From NCBI RefSeq assembly GCF_009914755.1, contig NC_060936.1: DNA of 64,000 nucleotides. The stretch is one strand, 5' to 3'. The translations under genes were made by a program, and so were the position numbers. Shown in pieces: positions 1 through 49,619 of the stretch (position 1 is the first letter of the stretch; each line of letters opens with the position of its first letter). The notes under the pieces were generated by a model, which was given only the letters and a program-made list of their open reading frames with translations, was not told the DNA's origin and did not search any database. Source of the DNA: the human T2T-CHM13v2.0 reference genome, Homo sapiens.

Positions 1-275
1 TATCCTCTTGAAAAGTAGTGAAACTCCATGCAAATTTTATGTATGTGAGTTTTAGCTATTGATATATACTATATTAGAAGTTAGAACATTTTTTAGCATT
101 TTAAAGTAATACTAAAAATAACATGAATTAACATAACATTTTTGTGAGAGATATTCATGTTTTCCAAAACAAAATAAAATCAGAGAGAATGGTAGGGTTT
201 TGTATTTCTGCAGGTTTCTCTAATGTTGGGCTTACTAGCAGGCAGCTCAGTCTCTTACCTGCTTCTGATATCACA
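1..275. mobile_element. Degraded hAT-Charlie (Charlie1-like) fragment
   Basis: AT-rich; 180-270 resembles the reverse complement of the Charlie1-like copy at about 58340-58440. Confidence 0.5.
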
Positions 276-420
276 GCCTCCGAAAAGGAAAACTCCATTC
301 TATGAGGGAATGAGAGACAAGACCATATTCTTGGTATTCTTATGCAAATAGGCCTGGTCTAGTGGATCTGCAGGGCTCTGGAGCACCCTGGGGATGGGCC
401 CTGATGTGTCTCTCCTGCAG

Positions 421-588
421 GGGTGCTGGCACTGTGGGTCCTGGTGACGCACGTGATGTACATGCAAGATTATTGGAGGACCTGGCTCAAGGGGCTGCGC
501 GGCTTCTTCTTCGTGGGCGTCCTCTTCTCGGCCGTCTCCATCGCTGCCTTCTGCACCTTCCTCGTGCTGGCCATCACCCGGCATCAGA
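421..588 (+). CDS. SLC48A1: SLC48A1 (HRG1 heme transporter) internal coding exon, 168 nt, phase 1-1
   Basis: tctcctgcag acceptor and A|gtgagg donor; encodes [56 protein letters not shown] (two TM helices, conserved His), matching HRG1. First coding exon lies upstream of the window. Confidence 0.96.
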
Positions 589-869
589 GTGAGGGCGGGT
601 CCCAGGGAAAGAGGGCATGGGAGGGACAGCAGCGGGGATTTTAGCAGCATTCCCATCCTGGTTCCACAGGTTACCTCCAAAGAGACTGGGTGAATTACTT
701 AACCTCCCCGGACACGGGTTTTGTTATGGTTCATGTGGAGAAAACAAGTCCCCACCTCGCAAGTTGGGTGGATTCTATGAAACTGATGTGAAGTCTTGAG
801 CAGTGCATAGCCCATACAAGCACTCCTGATATTGGGACCCATTAGTCTGTGCTCAGCTCTGGGATGGGA

Positions 870-884
870 GCGCCCTCTGGTGGC
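870..884 (-). promoter_or_regulatory. CTCF-binding motif
   Basis: GCCACCAGAGGGCGC on the - strand, near-perfect CTCF core, in the last SLC48A1 intron. Confidence 0.7.
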
Positions 885-1091
885 TGTGGCTGGAAATAAC
901 CAGAGGTCCTTCTTCCGGGAGTCTGATGCTAACTAAAGCAGGTTGGAGGTGGCCTAGGGTATTTGTCACAAAAGCGGAGTGGATGATACAGACCTGTGAT
1001 TGGCCAGCCCTGCCCTTCCCTAATCCCCACGGCCTCCTGCCTGAAAACCCTGGAATACTCTAAAACGGTCCGCAGCTCCGTTCTACTGTTC

Positions 1092-2335
<1,244 letters not shown>

Positions 2336-4124
2336 TAGGGCCATGAGGCCTGGACCTATGCTGCAGGCAAGGGTTTCCATCCCCGCTGCCCTAGGCACTC
2401 TCTTCCCAAGGCCAGGTTGGGCACCTGGGGAGGTCAGTTCAGAAATATCTAGCAGAGACCTCTTAAACCCCCATCCCAGCACCCCATCCTGTTGTTCCCA
2501 GAGCTGGTCTCCCATGAGTGTGCTAGAGCCAGATAGCCGTGGCCCCCCACCCATCTCACTCACACACACAGGCATCCATACACCCCAGAAGACTTCCCAA
2601 ATGAGGCCAGACTCAGGGTCACGGGGAATGTGCTTCTGCCCCTGTAAGGGCTTTGGGGAAGGGGGCAACATAGTAGAGGCTGGAAAGAGCCCCCAAACCT
2701 GTACCCATGCCCCTCCAGCCCTGCGTTTCCATTCTGCCTTCTCAGAGTGCCCTTGCTGCACCCAGACCACCGGCCAGGAGAGACCTTCTCTCCCACTCCA
2801 GCCCCTCTCACTGCCCTTCAACTAGAGCTTTCACCTTTTTACATTTCCCTTCTGAAGGACACAAATCTGCTTTTCTGCCCATACACTGGCCCAAGGGCTC
2901 ACCTAACTTGGGAGGGAAGGGGCTGTTGGTACAAGGATGATTTTCTGTTAGACTGCCATTTTGCACGGTCTCCCCCTTCCCATCTGATGTGTCCTGCCCC
3001 TCAGCTCTTTGCCTTATCTGTGTCACTGTCACTTTAGCAAAAATACAGCGGCCATTTGTATCAGCCTCTGGTGGTTGCTTGTGAGGTGGGACTCTTGCGG
3101 GAACAGGTGGACTTTGGGAGGAGTGGGCAGGGAGGGAGTGGTAGTGGCAGTTCTCGAGCTATCTGATTAAGCCATTCCGCTAGTTCAGTTGTGCCCTGGA
3201 GGGCAGGGGACAGAGTCAGTATCTCTGGGGCTGCAGGCCCTCTTGCCTTGGCCCTCCTGGCATGGGGTAACCACCAGCTCAGCTCTCCTCCTCCAGCTTT
3301 CCTCTCTCTAGCACACCCCAGCCAGGGCAAGGATGCCCACGGGCATAGCTACAGCAACCCCTGCGGGATTTGGTGTCCACACCCGAGAGGCCAGGCCAGA
3401 TGGGAAAGGGATTAGCGCCTCTTCCCTCACACTCTGCCAGGCTGCCAGGAGCTTGGGCCAGGTCTAAGGTAATGAGGTGCTCCTCTTCCTGCTGGAAAAA
3501 CCGGACAGACTCAGAACCACAAAGGCAGGTGCTGCCAGCCTGGCGCCTTCCTCTCTGCTTAGGCTGGGTGAGCTTGTCCAGGCCTGTGCCTCACCCCTTC
3601 TCTCTTCTAGGCTCAGTGTATGCTTAATCAGGCATGGTGCATCAGAGCGGGAAGGAGCCATCAACAGTGTATACTTCTGGAGCCTTCTACTGATAAACAG
3701 AGGCCCCAGAAGACGATTTGACTTACCTGAGCTCCCAGCTGGGACTTAAACCCAGGTGTGTCTGAGTCACAACTCTTCGGGGATGCCGTGGTGAGCTGGG
3801 GCTGAGCTCCTGTATTCCCACTCCCCCACCCCACCCCCACTCCTGCCATATCAGGGCTGGTCTCTGTGGACTCAGCCCAGGGCTGCCTCCTCTTTGTCAC
3901 CCCAAAGTGGGGCAGCCAGGGACAGCCAGGGTGTGTTCAGAATGGGTTCTTCCTGCAGGGCAGGAAGGGCAGATTGTTAAAGGGGCTGCGGCCCAGACCA
4001 CCCTGGTCCCTCCTCCGGCAGTGACTCAGACCCACACTGTGCCGTGCAGCTGTGTGCCCTGCACACCCGCTTGACGGCGCACTGCTCACTTCTGGGGGGC
4101 CCTTTCAGAGGCACTTTTAAAGCA

Positions 4125-4130
4125 AATAAA
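4125..4130 (+). terminator. SLC48A1: SLC48A1 polyadenylation signal AATAAA
   Basis: AATAAA followed by TTTATTGTTCAGATTTTTTCCATTTT (U-rich downstream element). Confidence 0.8.
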
Positions 4131-4133
4131 ACA

Positions 4134-4139
4134 TTTATT
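4134..4139 (-). terminator. HDAC7: HDAC7 polyadenylation signal AATAAA
   Basis: TTTATT on + strand; several UGUA (CFIm-type) motifs upstream on the - strand at about 4170-4195. Confidence 0.85.
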
Positions 4140-4216
4140 GTTCAGATTTTTTTCCATTTTCTTCCTTTTTACAAAAACATGCATACATACACAGGGTATG
4201 GTGGGTCCTAGGAAAG

Positions 4217-4285
4217 ACACACACACACGCCTCACTCACACACACGCTCACACACACGCCTCACTCACACACATGCTCACACACA
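4217..4285. repeat. Imperfect (CA)n / CACGCCTCACT repeat (UG-rich on HDAC7 mRNA)
   Basis: Directly visible. Confidence 0.9.
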
Positions 4286-5233
4286 TTTTCCTTCTTGACC
4301 CCAGGCCTGGACCCCCAAAAGCCTTGAAGACTTTGCCAGAGCAGCCTCCCCTCCTCCATGTCTGTATCTTCTCTCCCACCCCTTCCCCCTCAGTCAGGCT
4401 ACTCCTATGTGGGGTGGGAATCAGAGCTATGGTGGGGGAGGCCCCAGAAACAGAGAAGGCTCCCCGAGTGGGCAGTGGCCGAGGGGTCCCAGGGGTATGC
4501 TGCGCTTCTTGGGGAGATGAAGGGTTTGGCACCATTGGATCAGGAAGCACAGGACTCCCAGAGCACCCATCTGCTCCACCAGGGCATCGCCAGGAGGTTG
4601 ATGTAGGGGGGCCTCTGGCGAGGGTACGGACCAGATGGAGGGCTGCCAGTCTCGGCTGTCAGGGAGCTTCGTCTCAGTGCCCAGTGGTAGAGGGAAGCTT
4701 CCAGAGTCGTCTGAGGAAGCAGGTGAGAGGGACTACCCCTGCACTCAGGAATATGGGACCTCTTGGCTCCCCACTCCCCCCTAGCCCCTAGAGCCTAGGA
4801 AGGGCCAGCCTGTCTGAGGCCAAGTTCACATTTCTGTGTGGAGCCTGAGGCTGTGTGCAAAGTCTGGGGTTTGCAGAGCCAGGAATAGTGGTTAAGGGTG
4901 AGCCCGACGGAGCCGGAGCCAGTCCTCCTCTGTGCAGTCCTGAGGAATGGGGGCCACAGCCAGGGCCCATACTGGAGGGGAGAATCTGTTCTCGAGAGCC
5001 CTGTGGGGGTCGCCGCCCAGCCCGTCTCCTCTCAGGGTCCTCTCCAGTTCCCATTCTAGACCCAGGGATTTTCTCACGCTCCCTGGGATAACTGTCAAAG
5101 CAGGCAGGCTGTTCTCTGGTTCCAACTACTTGCCCACAGGATCTCTAAAGACCCAGGAATGGGGGCTATTGCCAGGGGTTAGAAGAGAACCAGGTCCCAA
5201 GGGCATGGTGGGCGGGCAGATGGTTCCAGAGCC

Positions 5234-41180
<35,947 letters not shown>

Positions 41181-41196
41181 CCAGGGGCCGGGGCCC

Positions 41197-41214
41197 TCAG
41201 AGCGGGGGGCTCAT
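41197..41214 (-). promoter_or_regulatory. uORF MSPPL* in HDAC7 5' UTR
   Basis: CCCGCC ATG AGC CCC CCG CTC TGA, ending 16 nt before the main ATG; requires a TSS above 41214. Confidence 0.7.
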
Positions 41215-43106
41215 GGCGGGGCGGGGGGCTGGGGCGCCGGCCTCACATCCCCCCAGTCGCCGGAGGCTGCAGAGCGACTGTGAGACGGCGAGAGGAAGGG
41301 AGGGGGCCGGGAGGGGGAGGGCCCTGGCAGCCCGGCCGGCCGGGTAGGATGACAATGGAAGGAAATGCTTTATCTGAGTCTGAGAGCGGGCCAAGGGGGA
41401 GGGGAGGGAGGGGGCAGGCGCTCGCGGCCCTGGGACACACCACCCCGGCAGACACTGCACCGCGCGGCGCACAGGCGGGCCGCAGACACCGCGCGCGGCC
41501 AGATCGCGGCGGGGCGCGGCGCACTGCCGGGGAGGCAGCGCCGAACCCGGAACGCCGGCCGCGGCTCCGAGCCCCAGCCGCCGCGAGGCGCTCCGAGCCG
41601 TGCACAATTCCCGGAAACCCAGCTACCTGGGCGCACGCACCCTCGCATACACAACGTACACGAGCACGCATCCATGTTTACAAGGGGCAGAATCATTTAC
41701 ACAGCACACACTGGGGCTTCGGGGTGGACCCCCGTGCACACACTACATACCCGTACAGCCCACAAGCACGCAGCCACACGCGGGCACAGTGGGACACGCG
41801 TGGTGTCCCATGTCCCATACAAGGAATCCCAGACGGACACCCCCCACCACACACACACACACATAAGCACGACTTGCCTCAGGAAAGTTCCAGGATCTGA
41901 TTTGAATCACTGCCCAGCCCTCCCCCACTGGCACCCCCACACACACACCATGCCTGCTGAGGGGAACGGAAGGGTCCAGCCTGTTCCTATTAAAAGAAAA
42001 AGGGTGTGGGGGTGGTGCAGATTTTGAAAGTTTTCTTTTTTTAAAGAAATTTCTCAAGGGACTTCCTTCCCTCCTCTCCTCTTCCTCTCTTCCTCCCATT
42101 CCTCTCCCTCCACAACCCCCCTCTTTCCCCCTCCCGGTCCCTATGAGTCAAACTTCAGCAATGTGCCCAGTGTCCCCCAGTGCATTACAGCGGATCACAG
42201 AAATGTTCCAGTCTGTGAGTCGGAATGCAGCCGCCTCCAGCCCTCCCTCAGCTAATAAACTCAGCTCAGGGCCGGCTTTAGGCAGTGGCCCTCCCTGCCT
42301 CTCCCTCCGCTTTTAGCTGGAGAGAAGGTCAGATTCAGGGGTCAGGGGCTAAGGACCTCGCCATTGTGCTTCCTGGGCTAGCCGGTCAGCCGTGTCTGCC
42401 TCCAGCAATCTGGAGCTGCTCCTAGGAAGGGGAGAGGTCCACCACGCAGGAACACTGGGCTCTCTGCAGCGTGAGGCGCCACCATTGTAAACCAAGGAGC
42501 AGCTTCCCCTGACCCCATTCTATCTCCCGCAATCCTAAGAAACCCCAAGAATCCAGAGAAGGAAAAATTGAGGCAGCCCCAGAGGTGGAGTCATGTCTGA
42601 TTGGAAGCAAGAGCCCACAGTGGCCTAGGAGGGCTTGGCCATGCTGGCGGTGAACTTCAAACCATAGATTCTATTCCCTTCCCTCAGGCACAGCTCGGGA
42701 CTCACTATCTGTTGCTACCGGCATATTCAGCGTGGGACTTCTTACTTCAGCCCCTTTCCTTGTCCCAGTTCTCCTTCGGCAGGCAGATCCAACCCCTCTG
42801 CGCTTGTTAACTTACCCTCCCAAAAGCCTTTCCTGGCATTCAAGTCCTCCTACAACCTGGCACCACACTCCATACACATCCCTGCCCAGTGCCTCCTGGT
42901 ACTTAGGGCTCAGTAGTGTTAGTCACTATTATTACTATCATTATTTCTGCCAGACTGGGCTGCTAGCTGCTTCCCATCCTGTCCTCACGCTTCCACACTC
43001 CCTTGCCTTCGCTCATCATGCTGCCTCCAAAAGAAATGTCCTCCCAGCCCCTTTCTCCTTCTGTTGAAATCTTTCCAATCCTCAAGACCCACTCCCTATC
43101 TAGTGG

Positions 43107-43148
43107 GAGGGAGGGAGGGAGGGAAGGAAGGAAGGAAGGAAGGAAGGA
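43107..43148. repeat. (GGGA)n(GGAA)n simple repeat
   Basis: Directly visible. Confidence 0.9.
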
Positions 43149-44917
43149 CTGGAAGAAAAAGAAAGTGGCATACCACTTTCTCCGGGAGGCTTTCCCGGAT
43201 TCCCATAGCCAAGAGGAATTCTTCCCTGAACTGTGTGGTCTTTATACATTGACCTTCGCCCACCTAGTCTACTTGTCTCAACTCTCTTCCTTCCAAGAGC
43301 ATTCAAGAGTGGATATCCCTGAGTCCAGCTACTGCCTTGGTCATGGGTGCATTTCTTGTAGTGTCTTGCACAGAATTCAAACTTGATGTGAGTTATTTGT
43401 TGAATTGGGACAGATGTTCATGACTTTCAAGAACCCTTCTCCAGCTGGACACCTACAGTACATTCTTTCACCCCATAACTACCCATGCTGACTCTCCAAG
43501 ACACATGCTGTTCCACCTTAGGTATGTCATCCCCAGCCCTCAATTCCAAGCCAGATCATCCTCCTTCCAAATGCCTCTTTGGTGTCCACAGACTCCAGAA
43601 AAACTGCTTGGTTACTGCAGACCCCCAGCGACATGCCTGCTATCTCCCTTGTCTAGCTCCACAATTGATCCCAACCCCCAACACACACATATCCGTAGCT
43701 TTTCTGTAGCTATTTCTGTAGTAAAGCCAGGCCCTTTTATGCTCATTTCTACCATGTGCATTGTGCATACATTTATTTGTGAGTCTTCTTTCTCTTTTTA
43801 AACTCATCACTGAGTTTTGAGTGATCTGAATTAAGAGGCTATCTCCCTGCCTGTCTGTCCACACAGTGCCCAACATGTGGCTTTCTACACACCAGGACTC
43901 ACTGCCTCCAACATATAGTCAGAGAAAAAGACAGCATGTGCAACCTGCATCTGGGAAAGCTGGACTGTGTCTCTCCTTCCCCTGCCAGATTTACTTACCA
44001 GACCCCGCCTCATGGCAGAGTCCTAAGCCAGTTTCTAAGTCACATGTCCCCTACCAGGATAAATTAGAAAGCCTCCAAGAACCTTAGAGACATGAGACAG
44101 AGAAATGCAAGCTACCTCTCTCTCTTCTAGCCTGGTTACCGTGGGGAGCCTTTTTTTAAAAAGCTCTTGAGTCCAGGCCTCTCATAGCTTTCTCAGCTGA
44201 ACACCTAGCAGAAGAGACTGGCCCCAAAAGACGTGCCTTGGCTTCCTGAGCCTTCCCTAGAGTCTCCGGCCAGCACAAAGCCTGAGGGCACCCCAATCTG
44301 CTTCCCTTTGGGACTCTGGGCCTACTTGACCTTCTCTTCTCCTTTTCCTCTCCTTCTTTCCTTAGTTAGCTACTGTTTACCATTTACTGCGTAGCAGTCC
44401 TTGCTATCCCCTGGACAAACATTAGATCATTTATTCTTAACAATAATCCTTGTTATGCTCATGAGTAAAGCATGGCCTTTATGGTTAAGAAACCTGATCA
44501 AAGTTGCACAACTAGTAAGTGACAGGGCCATTCATTCATTCAACAAATATTATTGGGTGCCTACTTTGTGCCAGGATTTAAAGCCCCAGAAAATTATCCA
44601 AACTTTCTGATACCCTCCGTTCCCAACCTTCTAGATGTGGGGGCCATAGCCACAATTCCTCCGCCAGCCTGCACTTATCCTCACACACTTCGCACAAAGC
44701 CAACCAGAAAGTGCTCCTTCCCCAAGGCCTCAGTTCAGTGAGATCTCAGTGGACACTCATTGTATTGGGTTAGTTTGGATCTTGCATTTCAGTTTCTGGA
44801 TCTGGAATCAAATGCCAATTCTCAGGGTTTGGGACTTGCAGATTAGTAAGGGAGATTAGGTCCCCAACTCCAAATAAAGGGTTTCATGGGACCAGACATA
44901 AGAGATATAAGAAGTAC

Positions 44918-45100
44918 GGGAAGGAAAGAAGAAAGGAAGGAAGAAAAGGAAAAAAAGGAAGAAGGGAGAAAGGAAGGAAAGAAGAAAGGAAGGAAGAAAA
45001 GGAAAAAAAGGAAGGAAGGAAGGAAAGGAAGGAGGGAGGGAAGGAGAGAGGGAAGGAGAGAGGGAAGGAAGGAGTGGAAGAAAAAGAAGGAAGGAAAGAT
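44918..45100. repeat. About 180-bp polypurine (GGAA-rich) tract
   Basis: Almost pure A/G on + strand. Confidence 0.92.
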
Positions 45101-47317
45101 AATTTAGGATTTATTGAGCATGTTCTACATATCGCACGCTGTTCAAAGCCCTTTCACTTAAATCTCATTATTATCCCCATTGTTTCCATGAGCAAAGTAA
45201 AACTCAGAAAGACAAAATGATCTGCCCAAGGCCACAGAGCCAGTAAGTTACTTAATCCCAAGTATGTCTGATTCAGAGCCTGTGCAATTTCCTAGCAGGT
45301 CAAAATAATGAAGGACGCATTGCCAGGGTCTCCTGTTCCAGTGTAGCCTGCTTCCTTGAGGTCCCTGTACATCTCATTCCAGATGCCAAGTTTCTGACCC
45401 CAGCCATGTGGTCTCATCCCTGTTTCCCACCTTTCTCTGTTGCACTGCACCAGCAGAATCAGGGGAACCGTATAAGTATTCTGAGTAGGGTTGGGGGTGT
45501 GACTTTGGGGTACAGGCAGGCAGACCCCTATCTAGGATGTCAGGATCTGAGAGAAGAGGTGCCAAATCCTTCTGGGCCAGAATTGGATGGCTAGATCAAG
45601 AAGAGGCTACAGTGTGGCTATAAGTACCAGGGTCTCAGGTTGGGAGGGTAGATGACTGTGGGGACTGGGGCAGGTGGAGAGAACTAAGCTGGTCCCTTCC
45701 CCTTACCCCCATCTCCCTACAGAGTCAACAAAGGTGATGTGGTTTCCCCTGTGGTCTGTTGCCCTAGACACCTGCAGTTCTGAATATACATGTATGTGTC
45801 TATGTGCCAACTATGTGGCAGGGGACACAAGGAGAAAGCACTGGGACAGGATGGGGAGGGGCAGGAAGCCAGACAGTCTCCTCAAGCCCAAGACAAAGAA
45901 GGTACCATGAATGAAAAGACGGCAACGGTCACCCCCTTGACTATGCCAGGTCCCCAGCCAGGAGCATCAGGAGAGAGCTAGAAAGGAGACATTGTGGGGA
46001 TCAGGAGCCTGGGCTGGGAGTCAGGGAACTTGAGTTTTAGGCCCAGCTCTGCCATTAACTTCCTGGGTCACACCTTTCTAAGTCTCAGTTTCCTGCTTTG
46101 TAAATAGCAATATCTTGGCTACTTACCTCACAGGGCTGGCCTGAAATCAGATGAATAATACATGAAAAGATTTGTACCACTGTGAGTTTTAGAATTATTT
46201 TCCTGATGGCATAACAAATATTACAATTGCGTACTTTAGCTCCTGGATACACAACACAACAAGAGTGTGGAGATAAGAACATTAAAAACAAAAACAAAAA
46301 CAAAGCACCTGCCCTTCTATTGGTCACAGAGCGTTGAGGAAACAAAACAAACACATAAAATACTTGAAAGCCTCTTGCAAAGCCAACTATTTAAAAAATC
46401 TCACTGTGTGATCTTGGCCAAGTCGCAACCACCCTGGGCCTCAGTTTTCTCATCTGTCAAATGAGGGGGCTGCTTTAGATCATCTATATTTATTTTTCTG
46501 AGTCTAAAGCAGTTTTCTGATTCTATTATTCCAAGCGCAAATGAGTGCGTCGCAAAGAGGGAAGACCGGAGCACATCGGGACAGAACACGGCCTCCATGA
46601 AGCTGGCAAGTGTCGGTCAAACTGGGTTTTGAAAGAGCCCAGAGATGTGAATCAGAGTGGGGAGAGAAGAGGGGGTGACATTCCAGGTAGGGAGAATGGC
46701 ATGTGCAAGGGCGAGGCAAGGAAGCAGAGGGTGGCAAACAGATTAGCCAGGCTCAGGAATGAGGTTGGCAGGATTGGAGGGGCCTGGGGAGGAAGTCGGG
46801 AAAGGAAGAGTAGAAGGGGGCAGTCCCCAGGACTGAGTGGCTAAGATGTGAAAGTGGGGGAGGAATATGGGTGGGGAGAGACGCTCTCAGCCCCAGAGTT
46901 TGGTGCCAAAGCCTGTGGAGCCAAACTCCACCCAGGAGAGAGGGAAAGCAGGGTCCCCTTGCCAAGAGGCCCCACCCACCAGGGAAAGCCCTTCCCTCCC
47001 TACCCTCCTCTCCCAGCTTCACTCCCAACCCTGAGGTAAGCGAGGCCCCGCTTAGGCCAGAACCTTGTTCATGGCAGAAACACACAGATGGGCAGGTGCC
47101 ACATCCTTCTATAACAATAATGCCAGCAGCAAAATAATAATAATGATAATGATAATGATAAAATAAACTACCCATCACCTGCTCTCTGATAAAACCCCTC
47201 AGCAGCAAAACCTCACGATGTACCCATTCCATTTACGAGAATATTTGCTCCCAAAAGCTGCAAGTGTTTTATAAGATTATCTAGTCTCTAGGATCCCCTA
47301 AACCTAACACTTTATCA

Positions 47318-47620
<303 letters not shown>

Positions 47621-48909
47621 AACCACTTGAAAGAACCTGTGAAAAAAAGATTCCTGAGTCCCATCCCCGACCCCATCAGACTCTTTGAGAAGGTTGGATA
47701 GTACCCAGGAACCTGCAGCACCACAGGTAATTCTAAGGTGTGGTTAAGTTTGGGACTCCCTGGTCTAATCCAAACCATTCCTTTTACAGATGAGGAAACG
47801 GAGGACATGAGGAGGACGTAAATTGCCAGAGATGACACGGTTAATCAGGGCCAGGGCAGGCAGAGAACTCAAGCCCCAGGGTTTCCAGGTCAGCGCTCCT
47901 TCCACAGCCTGGGCTGCCCAGCCCAGAGATGCCTGTGCCAGCAGAGATTATGGTCAGGGAGGCAGCCACTGGGCCATACTCTAATCATGAGTGAGAAGAA
48001 ATTCGTCTGAGTTGCAAAATGCCTTTCTGCAGCCAGCTCACCATTACTTGCTCCACTGGGCCCCTGCAGGGATGCTGTGGTCCTCCCACTGGCAGGCTTC
48101 AGCTTCGGCCTTGCCATATGCCCCAACACAACCCTCCAGTTGCCCCAGGGGCTATATTGGCTGGTCAACAGGTTCCCACTTTACTACAAATCTCAATGCT
48201 TCTTCTTTGGAAGCACATACCTCTGACTCCAGAATCTCCAGGAGAGACCCCTGAGAAGGTCTTGGCCTGAAGACACTCACCTCTCTTTCCCCAGGAGTGT
48301 CTTTTAGGGTGAGTTTGGATTATGCACCTGTGAGTCAGGAGACTAGAGGCAGGAAAGAGAGCAATGAGCTGAGGGTGGCTAAGCTGGGAGGTGAGCGAGG
48401 GTGCCCTGGCTGAGACCTTGAAAAACTCCACCCATGATGATCACCATTATACTCCTCTTCATCAACACACATTTGTTGAGCATCTACTCTTTGCCAGGCA
48501 CCGTGTCAGACTCTCAGGCACAGAGGCAAAAAAAAAAAAAAAAGCCACAGTGAGGAATTCATCACCTCCTGGGGAGCAGGATACAATCTAAGAACAGAAC
48601 CTGGAGTGGAGAAAACGGTTGGATGAGGGACTCGAATAACATATGCTGCAAAGGAGAGGGAGGATTCAGAGTCACCAGAGTTCCAAGCTGGGAGACACCT
48701 AATGGATCCTGGGATCAATGTGGGTTGGGGCAATAGTTCTGCCCTCACCTGCTCTCCTTTGTGCTTGGGGTCTGAGGAAACCCAGAACAGTGATTCTAGA
48801 AATCTCTGCCTCAACAGATCCCTCACTCCAGCTTGGTCTAAATGGCTAGGGGTGGGAAGGCAGAGGAGGCAGAGACAATGTGCAGACATCTCCCTTGGGC
48901 AGGCCCTGA

Positions 48910-49256
<347 letters not shown>

Positions 49257-49270
49257 TAAGAGATCATTTA

Positions 49271-49572
49271 GGCCTGCGTGGTGGCTCACACCTGTAAACC
49301 CAGCATTTTGGGAGGCTGAAGTGGGCAGATTACCTGAGGTCAGGAGTTCAAGACCAGCCCGGCCAACATGGCAAAACCCCGTCTCTACTAAAAACACAAA
49401 AATTAGCCAGGCGTGGTGGCAGGCACCTGTAATCTCAGCTACTCCGGAGGCTGAGGCAGGAGAATTGCTTGAATCCAGAAGGCAGAGTTTGCAGTGAGCT
49501 GAGATCGTGCTACTGCATTCCAGCCCGGGTGACAGAGTGAGACTCCACCTCAAAACGAAAGAAAGAAAAAAA
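49271..49572 (+). mobile_element. Alu
   Basis: Full dimer; TSD AGAGATCATTTA. Confidence 0.95.
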
Positions 49573-49619
49573 GAGATCATTTAAAAGTACCCAGAAGAAT
49601 GGACAGAGTGAGGAGGTGT

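Larger units (their letters stand above)
4115..5233 (-). other. HDAC7: HDAC7 3' UTR (end approximate)
   Basis: Between TAA (5234-5236) and the - strand AATAAA; contains a UG-rich repeat and miRNA seed matches. Confidence 0.85.

Noticed and set aside
112-121. MEF2-like CTAAAAATAA, and CTAAAAATAC within Alus
   Set aside because: Lie in AT-rich transposon remnants or the Alu linker, where such matches are expected.
44886-45107. Lys/Glu/Arg-rich 73-aa ORF
   Set aside because: Translation of the polypurine simple repeat.
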